Shown here one piece after another: positions 53,601 to 64,000 of a stretch of 64,000 bases of DNA (positions within the stretch are counted from its first letter, which is position 1; every line of letters starts with the position of its first letter). A program made the position numbers and the translations under genes. The notes beneath the pieces are model-generated. The model ran no database searches. It saw only the letters and a program-made list of their open reading frames with translations, and had not been told where the DNA came from. The DNA comes from Callorhinchus milii (taxonomy: Eukaryota). The DNA lies in assembly GCF_018977255.1 (NCBI RefSeq), contig NW_024704742.1, positions 117,864,001-117,928,000 on the forward strand, given 5' to 3'.

Positions 53601-56219
53601 GTGTTTCACAAAGTTTCTGTAAAGTGTAGTGATCGTGTATTTGTGATACACAGTCACTACTGTGAATGCTAAGAAATACGAAGGATAAAAACATTGATTT
53701 CATTTCGTCTCAGTTGAGTGATTGCTTTGGATTAGAAGCCAGTTTGGGGACTTTAAATACAATACTAGGAAAACACTGCATTGTCAAGGGTGCCATCTTA
53801 TAGATGAGATGTTAAACCCCATGTGCCATCTCCCTTTATTCAGGGAAACATTCTACACAGCATTCAAAAAGAGAAGGACGTTTCCCTTGATGTCCTGGTC
53901 AACAATCTTTAATATCATAAAATAAATCATTCTGAAGGATCGATAAATTCAATCTGCACTTGTTTTTAAAGATGCTTTTTGTTCACTTCAGTTCTTATGT
54001 ATTTTGATATTGAACAATCAGACCAATGTGTGAAAGCATGGCCTGCATTGAGTGCTCAGATAGATTTGGTAGTGGAGCATCCTATACACAATCTCTAGGA
54101 CTGTACATTAAAATGCTTCCCAATGCTGATATCTGAAATTATTTCCCCCACTGGTGGGTGTTTCACCTGCCCTGGCTTGTGTTACTAGCTGAAACACTCC
54201 ACCTCCTGGGAGAAAGAAAAAATTGTCATGACCAGTCCGATCTCGTAGAAGTCTGCCTTCCCTCAGCCCATCACAAAGTGCTGTTGAGAGTAAAAATAAT
54301 AAATTAGATGGTGCTTCCCCGGAACTGAAGCAGTGGTAGGCAACACAGGGGTGCCTTAGAGGAAGAAGAAGTAACACAAAGTATATAAACAAACACACAT
54401 TTTCAATATCACTTGGTGTTTGATATCACTGTAACTGCAACATCAGTCACAGTTACTCTTATTTGGTAAATAACCTGGACGTTAGCTCTTGTGTGATGAA
54501 TTGAAGTGAAACTATAACTGCGATTAGCCAAGGTTGAAGGGATAAAGTCAGAAACTGTAAAATGAATCAGATTATTTACAGAGCTTAATATAAGGGGAGT
54601 TAATATAACATGACCATCGGTGTGAGCGATGCTCGGTTGTGAGAATACAACCTCTCCCCCATCCCCCTCCCTGTGTTGCATCTTCTCTTTGGATTGAGAT
54701 GGCATGCTGTTGATGGCTGTGACCTTCATGGTGGCTTAGATTCCCACCTGGCACTGATTTTTGATTTAGTGCCGATCTGCCGCGCTTGTCAGCCACTGCA
54801 AGGTGCTTTCTATGCGCGACTGGAAAAGCTCAAGGGCAGCTTGGGGGCTGTATCTGCCTCCTGCCTGTCAGTCTGATAACCATCCTGTCTGCTCAATAGA
54901 GAGCTTAGATCCCCTTGTCTGTGGCTGACGCCAAAATATCTCCAAATGTGAAGAATGGCCAATCGCCTGTAGTTTTTTACACCCTGGTTATTTATTTAGA
55001 TACACTGGTGATATTTTGCTGTGGTTTGTGAAAACTGTTAGTCATTTAGAAGTATTTGAGTCAACAAAATGTTTGATTAATTGTGTTGTCCAAAAAACGC
55101 AGATACGGTTTTATTAGCAAAACTCGAGTCACTAGCACCTGCCTACAATAGTGCTCTTGTCACGCTCTGTCAATGATTTCTCCTGCAACACACATTGCTT
55201 TCATACAACAGCGAAAACATATGAACCCCTCTGTCTGCAACATACCGCTTATTTTCATACATTTACAGCCCCCAAAACATGAGTCAAGTACGGGACTTAA
55301 AATCTGTCAAAAAATAAAATATATACAATGCACCCTTCAAAAAGCAGAACAAAGAAGGTCAATTTCCTTTGGGCAGCCGCATCAAATTAATTTGAAACAG
55401 ATCTGTTATGAGATAATTACATTTTTATATTATGCTGTAATAATTTGTTTATATTCATGTAAAATGTAGCATGCTTTTCTATAATTACCCACATAGATAT
55501 GCAAAAACAATTTTAAAAATATTTATTTGAAAGTTTCTACCACTATCCCAGGGTTGGTCATTATTATGCTATGTGTCTAATCCAGTAGAGCACTTAAAAG
55601 TGGTGTTAATAGCTGTGACCTTCACAGTGAATAACATCTCAGCTGGTACTATTTCTTATTGGTCCCACAGGTACAGAGCCAGACTTCACATACTCCACCC
55701 CCTCAACCTTATCCCCCTACATCATACACTATACCCCGTCCTTGCGCAAACTGCATCTTAGCTTTGTATGTAACAGATCTCCTATGCAGAAATGCGGATT
55801 TTCCTCTTTCGCCTTACCCCCCACCCTGCCTTTAACTCCAGAAATGAGTTCATTAATTTTGTTATTAAGAAAGAATTTGCATTTTTTAGTTTGTTATCAT
55901 GTAGAAACATCTCAAAGCATTTCACGGTCATTACTGTCAAATGTAGTGACTCTTTTGTCGGCAAGCATAGCAGCAGTATTGCTCACAGCAAAATCCCACA
56001 AATAGCCACAAGGGGAATAACCATAAATCTGGAGGATTGTTAGCCTGGACACCAGGAGAAACTTCCTTTTCTTTTCAAATAGTGTCATAGTCTTTAATGT
56101 CTCCGAGTGCCCAAGAGTCTGTACGTCAACAAGAGCCTGTATATCAACCAGTTAGTGACTTCAAGAGAGGAAGAATGGGAAAAGGAAATAAAACTACAAA
56201 AAAATTAAATTGATAAGCC

Positions 56220-56735
56220 AGGCTGATCTCCAATACAGGACTGGGGAAGTGCTGCACTATCGAAGGTGCCATCTTCAAATGAGGTATTAAACTGAGGTCC
56301 TGTTTACATGTTCAGGTGAATGCTAAAGATCACATGACACATGCGGGACTGGTGGGGGCTGTGGAGTAGGCAAGTTGATATGGGGTCAGCAGATCACGGA
56401 GGTAGGGAGGAGCAAGGCCGTGGAGAGCCTTGAAAGGGAGGACTAGGATTTTGAACTCTATCCTCTGAGGGATGGGGAGCCGGGCGAGGGTCGGGGTGAT
56501 GGCATCACGGAGCCTGGTGCGGGGGAGGACACAAGCTGCAGAGTTCTGGACGATCTGCAGCTTTGGAGGTCTGAACGTCTCATCTGAAGGACGGCACTTG
56601 TGATAATGCAATGCCTCTGGATTGCACTAGAGTGTCAGTATAGAGACTATGAGCTCAAAATCTCGACATGAGGCTTGAACACAGAACCTTCTGATTCAGA
56701 GGTGAAACGACTATCAACTGAGCCTGACTGACACC
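56220..56735. mobile_element. Deu-domain SINE (SacSINE1/AmnSINE1-like) fragments around an L2 piece
   Basis: gctgcactatcgaaggtgccatcttcaaatgaggtattaaactgagg motif and an inverted copy at 56570-56735. Related fragments near 10965, 39910, 52010 and 53770. Confidence 0.55.
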
Positions 56736-57317
56736 AACCAATTGGCTGTTAAGTAAAATCAGCAATATTATAATGTGTATCTTGGACCACAGAGTTACAG
56801 TATATAAGAATTGTTAGAGTTGAAAAAAGCCATTAAGTCCAATGAACCCATTCGTTTATAATATCATCCCCAACTGTCTGTCTTCTCACCATATCCCTCT
56901 CACCCTTTTGTTTCCAGAAACACATTTATACTGTCGCTTCAATTCCTTCCCTGGTAACTTATTCCACAAATCTATTATCCTGTATAAAAAGTTCTGCCTG
57001 ACTCCCTTCTTACTCCTTATTTTTTATCTTGTATCTCCTGGTGTTTCAAACTTTGTGATATTGGCAATTTACCTGGATCAATCTTCTCATTCCTCTTCCT
57101 GCAAACTACCAGGCCATATTGCAGTCTCCTGTTTTCCAAAATGCCCAACTTCCTTTACCTTTCTTCATAATTTAGATTCTTAAGCCCTTGTGCTATATTG
57201 GTTGCTCAGCTCTATGCCATACAAGGGTGATAACCAGGTCTAAAATCCTAGGATTTGAGCAGCCTCAGTAATGTTGTGGGTAGAGCTGCAGTTTGTGGAC
57301 CAGGAGCTCACTGGTTC

Positions 57318-57690
57318 AACAACAACAGCAACAACTTGGATTTATATAGCGCCCTCCACGCCGGACGGCATCTCAGAGCGCTTCACAGTAACAGATCCCG
57401 GGGCCGAGCCAGGGGAGGGGGTGGAAGGTGACCAAAGGCGCGGTCGAAAAGAAAGGTCTTCAGCCGAGACCTGAAAGTGGGAAGAGAGGGGACGAGGTGA
57501 AGGGAGTGAGGAAGGGAGTTCCAGAGCCTCGGGGCATAGTGGCTGAAGGCATGGCCGCCGAGAGTGGAGCGGAGGACTCGGGGGACAAGGAGGAGGCCAG
57601 ACCCGGAGGAATGAAGGCAGCGGGTACTGTTTTGAGGAGAGAGGAGGTCAGAGAGGTAGGGGGTTGCAGAGGAGTGGAGGGATTTATAAA
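57318..57690 (-). mobile_element. L2 LINE 3' fragment
   Basis: Tail with (TTG)n; same subfamily as the fragment at 38100-38260. Confidence 0.78.
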
Positions 57691-58409
57691 TATATAAAAT
57701 ATAATAAATTTATAATAAAGCACCTTATTACGTCAATGAGATATCTCAAGAAGTGGAGTGACTGTGTATTTTGTGGGTGAAATGCGGTGGCCAAATGCAC
57801 ACAGCGACGTCCCGTAAGCAGTTGTGGATTGTACTCAATGGTACCCAACCAGTGTTATTAAAGTATTTTTGATTAAGGATGGCAGTGGTACTTTGTAAAG
57901 TCTTCATGTATAATTTCCCGGGTCCATAATCATTTGCTGTATGTGAAATAAAAAATGGATATGTCCTCTTACTTCTGGAATAAAGCTCATGCATAGTCCA
58001 AAATCAATTATTGAACATGTACTTTCATTTCTTTACAGATCATTCTTCTACATATGGTTCCTTGAAATTTTACAAGGTAGACTCATAATTCTGATAAATC
58101 ATAAAATGACAATGAGGCCTTAAATTTCTTATGGTCTTAATCTAATTTAAGATTGCGTGGAATCTTGAAAAATTGCCTTAAATCCAGTCTTTATTCTGAT
58201 TCAGAAAGCTGATTTTCTGCACTTATTTTTATATTCTAAGCAATTGCTCTCCAAAATACAGCTAAATTTAAAACCTTGTTACAAAATTTATTCTGAAAAA
58301 TCTTACATTTTAAGGCAAAGGTCTTAAGCCTAATGGTAAAGAAAGTCAGGCTTTTGGCACAAGGAGTATATTACTGGCCCTAAAGACCTGTTTTAAACCT
58401 TATACTGAA

Positions 58410-59640
58410 ATGAAAACAGATGTCGCTACAACATGCAGCAGGTCAGACAGCATCTATGGAGAGAGGAAAGGAGTTAACATTTCAGGTCAATGACCTTTTG
58501 TCTGAATTGGGGGATGTTGAAAGGGAGCAGATTATAAGGAGAAGCAAAGAAGGTGGTGGGGAAAGAAAGACAAAGGAAACAATTAGGTGGAGGACAGAAA
58601 ATGATGAGATCAGCGGTGTTGATGGTGCAAGACAAAAGATGGCAAGACAAAACAGTGGGAGATTATATAAAAAAAAGACGTGTCTGAGACCCAGAGGTAG
58701 TGTGAATGGTTATAGAAGAGGGGGTGGGGTGGGGTGGGGGAAGCAAGGCTGAGAAAAGATGGGAGCTGTGTTAAAGGTCTGATGTGGTTAAAATCAATGT
58801 TGAGGCCAGAGGGTTGTGAGGTGCCTAGGAGGTAAATTAAGTGTTGTTCCTCGAGCTTGTATTGTGCTTTGTTCAAACAGCATAGGAGACCATGGACAGA
58901 GAGGTCAGAGTGGGAGTGGGAAGGAGAATTAAAATGGTGAGCGACTGGAAGCTCAGGTTGTATTTGCAGAGGTGTTTGGCAAAGCGATCACCCAATCTGC
59001 ATTTGGTATCCCCGATATAGAGGAGACCACATCGTGAGCAGCAAATACAGTACACTACGTTGGTGAAAGTACATATTAGGATACATGCATATACATATAT
59101 GAGGAGTCCTGTAGCTTAGTGGTTAGAGCACTCGCCTTGCAAGCGAGACACCTGGGTTTAATTCCAGGCAGGGCGAAACCTTGGGCAAGTTTCCTTACTC
59201 CACACGCCTAATAATAATCCCTCCAAAACAAAGCAATAATAAATTGGTCATTTTCAATCCACAACTGTTTGTGAGACACTGCTGTGTGCAATTGGCTGCC
59301 GTGTTTTGCCCACAAATATACGGTCAAGTCACTTTACAGCATATTCTGTGAAGCACTTTGAGACATCGAGAAGACATGAAAAGCGCTATATCAAATGCAA
59401 GGATAGTAGTAGTAGTAGTAGTAGTAGTATAATAAATTGCTTTCTCACCCGGAAGCAGTATTTGGGGCCCTGAACAGTGGTATCGGAGGAAGTGAACGGG
59501 CAGGTGTGGCATTTCCTGCACTGGCATTGGAAGGTGCCAGGGGAGGGTTAGCAGGTGTTAGTGGTGATGGAGGAGTGGACAGGGAGTCACAGAGGGAGCA
59601 GTCCCTTCAGAATGCTGAGAGGGAAGGGGAGGGAAAATTG
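58410..59640 (-). mobile_element. Penelope-like retroelement relic (GIY-YIG endonuclease), split by a SINE
   Basis: VYCICCSRCGLLYIGDTKCRLGDRFAKHL and LEEQHLIYLLGTSQPSGLNIDF, with frameshifts. Confidence 0.85.
59103..59430 (+). mobile_element. Full-length tRNA-derived SINE nested in the Penelope relic
   Basis: GGAGTCCTGTAGCTTAGTGG head; (TAG)n tail. Confidence 0.87.
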
Positions 59641-59869
59641 TGTTTTGTGGCTATGTGGCACATATCTGTTAGGTTTATAAAAGCCTATTTTAAAAACTGA
59701 TAATAAATGTTAAGAATGGCAAAGCATTTTTTGGTGGTAAAATACAGAGTTTAGGATTTGGTACTTCTTTTTGAGAATACTGTTAGTTGAGTCTTATGCA
59801 GTGCAGCCTAAATCAAATAGTTGATTTGACATATAATTTAAAAAATAATGAATGGAGTCCTCTGATAGT

Positions 59870-60200
59870 CCAGTAAATAAAGACACCTTAAACCAGAAGG
59901 TCACAGGTTCATTTTCTGGCCTATGCTGAGTTACCTGATTTAACCAGCTCCTGGCACCAGGGAGTTATAATTGGCCTTAAGCTACTGAAAGGTAAAATCA
60001 ACCCCTACTGGAAGTGCACATGTAGATGTAGAAACATGGACAAACATGATTAACCTCAGCAGTATCGACAAACTGCCTGCCCAAACCCAGTGTTCAGGCT
60101 CATATATGAAGAATTGATCCTTGGTCAAGGTAGTGGAGGGCTGCTGACACCCATGGGATCATTACCCCAGCAAGAATCAGCACCTTCAAAAAATAAAGAG
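59870..60200 (+). mobile_element. LF-SINE-like relic
   Basis: Resembles the remembered LF-SINE consensus (gaaggtcacaggttc..tgctgagtta..ctgat; aggctca.a.atgaagaat; accccagcaagaatcagcaccttca). Related fragments near 2500-2660 and 35150-35310. Confidence 0.5.
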
Positions 60201-60696
60201 CAGAAACAAAGAGAAGAAAATTGGCAAACAAATGTTTGAATGCTGCAAGCTGCAAAGATGATTTGGCATATAAAGGGTTAACACGCTATTTGAACTTTAA
60301 TGAATAGAATTTACATAATTTGTTCAATTTGTCAACTCTCTTGCTTCGTGACCCACTAAAATTCAGTTCAAAGTGTTTTATGAAAAATAATGGCTAAAAA
60401 CTGAATGTCTTAATTTAAATTTAATGTAATTAAAAGCAGCTCCAAATGAAGACTGATGAACAGCACACACTAATGTCAGTCAGTTTCATCAGAATATATT
60501 GAAGTTAATGTCGATTAATGCTCAACTGATAAATGTCAGTTTGCCCAAATGAATAAAAATAGTAAAATACAAATATTGTAAATGAATATAGGAATGGCAA
60601 TAGAGCTGGAAATGTAGCAAAATGATCATTTGCTTTTATTCATAATAATTGACATACAAATTAAAAAATCTGTCCTGTAAAAAATTGAGTTGAAGG

Positions 60697-60904
60697 CTCT
60701 TTGACCGAGCCTTCAGCTCCCCTCTCGACTCTCTTCCCCCTTCTCGCTCCTCCTCCCCTCCCCCTGACCATCCCTCTCCTCGCTCCCCCCTCCCTACCCT
60801 GACCATTTCCCCCATGCTCGGGTCATGACCCAACTGTGCAGCGCCTTGGGACGTCCTCTTGAAGTGAAAGGCGCTTTATAAATGGAATCTTGTTGTTGTT
60901 GTTG
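60697..60904 (+). mobile_element. L2 LINE 3' fragment
   Basis: Matches the 3' end of the copy at 28912-29298. Confidence 0.82.
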
Positions 60905-62122
60905 AGTTAGTATCAGTTCTGATAAATTCAAATCCCTTTTCAGGGTAACTCTTCTTTAGGACAACTGTATTAGCAGTACTTCAGTTCCTACAATAGATAA
61001 ATGCAATGCTTGCGGAATACACAAAGGAGAAAAGGGCTAGTTCATTGTGCGCCATTTCTTAGTAAACTACTAAGACATCTCATGCTACTTTATGCTTAAT
61101 CACAACAAAATTAATAAATCATATAGTCTGGTTCTGTTTTTTCGATCAGCCAGGTGTCTGACACATGTAGAAACCATCACCATGCTCAAGAATATCCAAA
61201 CCAAACTGAGAGTTCCACGCACCCCAACTATACATAGATATTCCAGAGATATTTATTGGAATGGAATGTGCACTGTCTCCCTTACCGAATTTCGGAAAGT
61301 ATTAGGTGCAGGTTAGCAAGAGCCAAGCATTGGGGACCCCAGAGTGTGTGTTGGGGTACTGCTGGAGTCAACCCCCAGCTCAGGTGCAAATCCTGCGAGC
61401 TTCCTGGTAGGTAACACAGCTCAGCATGAATTGCCACCATTTTCCTGTCCACAGCATGGACACATATCCATTCCCATTGAGTGATGGTTCCATCAGTTGG
61501 CGGTGCGGAGTTTAAGCAGCAGCTGCTTACCTGTCCACAAGCCAATCAAGGTAGATTCCAGGTGCTGAATATACAAATGTGTGTCTGGAGGACATTTGCC
61601 TCCAGCGTGGTGGGAGTCTGGCATCAAGTGAATGTCTGGGGTTGACTGTACTGTGGCCGATCTTCTCTTTGGTGGTTAGTAGGAGGTGACTATGTTAAGG
61701 ACCCAAGGGATCCCCTGTCCACATACAAGGATTGGTTAGTCCTTGACTTAACTTGGCCAGTGCCCCAACAAACTGAAGGAACATACCAACTTCTCTTTTC
61801 CTTTCCTTTATCCATTTTGCCTCTCCTCCCTAGAAATTCTATAACTCCACTTGTGAAATGTGCTGTAGATAGCTGAGATGTCCAGTCACTGCTTCTTTGG
61901 GCTTTGACCAGGGCAGTTTTGAGTCCAACAATTTTCCTGCAATCCCCATCCTCACAGAATAAATATTCAATTGTTCACACTACATTATTTTACTTTCTTC
62001 AATCTATTATCTTTGGCATAATGACTTCTCTAACACATCAATAAATGTATCTTATTCCCAGTTAATACTATCTGTCCTATTTTGATTTGATATGCTTATA
62101 TGTTTCCTTGTCTTTTTTTAGA

Positions 62123-62372
62123 CAGCTCTGGAACTCCATCCCCCAGTGCCTTCGCCTTGCCTCCTCCCTTTCCTCCTTCAGGGCCGGTCTCAAGACCTTT
62201 CTCTTTGACCATGCCTTCAGCTCCCTTCTCGACTCTCTACTCCCTCCTCGCTCCCTCCCTTCCCTCCCCCTGACCATTTCCCCCCTGCTCGGGTCCTGAC
62301 CCAACTGTACAGCGCCTTGGCACGTCCTCCCGACGTGAAAGGCGCTCAATAAATGGAATCTTGTTGTTGTTG
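62123..62372 (+). mobile_element. L2 LINE 3' fragment
   Basis: Matches the 3' end of the copy at 28912-29298. Confidence 0.82.
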
Positions 62373-64000
62373 TATATGATAAAATCAGAAATATGAAAGT
62401 CTCCACAAAATCTGTGGTTAAATTTCCATGTTTAGAATCCAAATAGAATTTTCCCCCTAACAGTTAGACTTCCACAAACAGACAGGAAGAAACAGGTAGG
62501 AAGTGAGAAGAAAGGACAAAGTAGACCTAAATAAGATATACAGATGCATCATGTGAGCCACAGATCTAACAGAGAATAGTTAGAGAGTTAGTGTAGGATG
62601 CAAATACAACCATGATAACCAAGGGTTCACAAAGAAATCTTTGGCAGGGAGTAAAGAGGGAAACAGAGAAAAAGGCAGATTGACACAATATATAAAGAAA
62701 ATTGAAGGGCCAAATGCACATATGTGGTCATCTCAGGAGGTCATTGCAGGGGCACAAATTAAAATGAAAAAGCAATGAACCACCAAAACAAGCTTGCACA
62801 TTTATATATCTATGGATATGACTTTTCAGTTCCATTAATGCACCCAAGAAACATGCACTAATGTGGTTACTGTGCAACAAGGCCTCAATTAATTGACTGT
62901 TTCTTGAATGTTCTTTTATCAGTAAGGAGGTAAAGCCAAGTACTTAATTGATAGTGGCATGATTCACTTAGTGAGCAGCAGCAGAAAAGGTCATGCTTTT
63001 CCTATATGCTTTCCCTGAGGAAACTAAATAGAATTACAGTAAAAAAAACTTAAAAGGAATTATAGTGTGGGGGAACGTACAAGGAATTGGAAATACTGAC
63101 TTCTAGATAAAAGATGCTTTCATTATTTTTCGTGAATTTTGTGCTCCTCGCGGTAAGGGATGTTTGTCCTGGGAATCAGAACATTTTGGGTATTTGTTTT
63201 CAGTGTTAAGCACTCTCAGATCAGCTATTGTATTATTAAGTTGTAAGTAAGGCTACCTCAAATCTACCTCATTAATATGCCTCAACCCTAAACACAAAAG
63301 AACATTTCCCATTCTAACAGTCGAGCATTTTTCACAAGGGTCACCCCATGACCAGTCTGTGCATTGTTTTATGCTCACTAGTGACTAGGTTGACATGGGT
63401 AGCATCTCGATGCCATTGAAATGGAGTGGGGTGAGAGTGTTGAACCCACTGCCAGAAGCCATATTGCAGCAGAAAATATCAATAAATACTTTACAGTATA
63501 TTCTGTGAAGTGCTTTTAGATGTATGAATGACATGATAAACCGTTATATCAAATGCAAGGATTATTGTTATTATTATTATGTTCTCTTGTTCTACTATCT
63601 TGAAGCATCCTAAAATATTGTTCTGGGTTTACATTTTCAATCCCATTTACAATAACAACAACAACAAAATTACATTTGTATAGTGTCAGGAGGACATCCC
63701 AAGGCACTGAACTGACAAAGTTTCGAACCCGAGCTGGGGTTAGAGGTGTATAATATTTAAAATGTAACACACCTCTATAAGATCCCCTTGGAATCATCTT
63801 CTTCCAAGACTGAAAAGCCCTGGCTTGTCTTATCGTCCCTCATGAAGCTCAATCCTCTAACACTGGGGATTATCTTTGGTTCTCTCCTCTGTATTGCCTT
63901 TAGGGCCTGTGTCACGGTGCCCAGAACTGTAATACACAAGGCAGTGCTGGCAATCTTGCACTCATCATATTGAATGACCTACTTAATTGAACAGGTGGAA

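Noticed and set aside
59103..59175. tRNA-Ala gene
   Set aside because: It is the head of a SINE: it runs on into the SINE body and tail. The same holds at 15322, 26932, 43736 and 47672.
43740..64000. OTP or another host gene in the distal 20 kb
   Set aside because: No homeodomain or other host coding exon was recognised; the identifiable ORFs all derive from repeats.

Overview
This is vertebrate genomic DNA, not prokaryotic. The repeat content and divergence from mammalian orthologues suggest a cartilaginous fish, possibly a holocephalan (inference). The window holds two convergent genes. On the + strand are the last 11 coding exons of PDE8B (477-13983), covering the cAMP phosphodiesterase catalytic domain and the stop codon. 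On the - strand is a complete 13-coding-exon WDR41 (40205-21588, 456 aa), with a probable non-coding first exon and a CpG-island promoter at about 42.3-43.4 kb. All exons were placed by reading GT-AG boundaries and checking that the phases join in frame. The rest is rich in repeats: L2 and CR1 LINE fragments, a tRNA-Ala-derived SINE, Deu-/LF-type SINE relics, a Penelope relic, hAT and mariner-like elements, a palindromic ~230-bp element and an unclassified ~430-bp repeat. Beyond 43.5 kb I found no host gene, only candidate conserved enhancers. I found no convincing wholly new biological system. The best leads are a U12-type intron in WDR41, a diverged PQLC2-binding loop in WDR41, possible tail-to-tail poly(A) sites, two local template-switch rearrangements, SINE/L2 tail sharing and a decayed hammerhead ribozyme. 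Comparisons with human proteins and repeat consensus sequences are from memory, not from database searches. Repeat boundaries are approximate.
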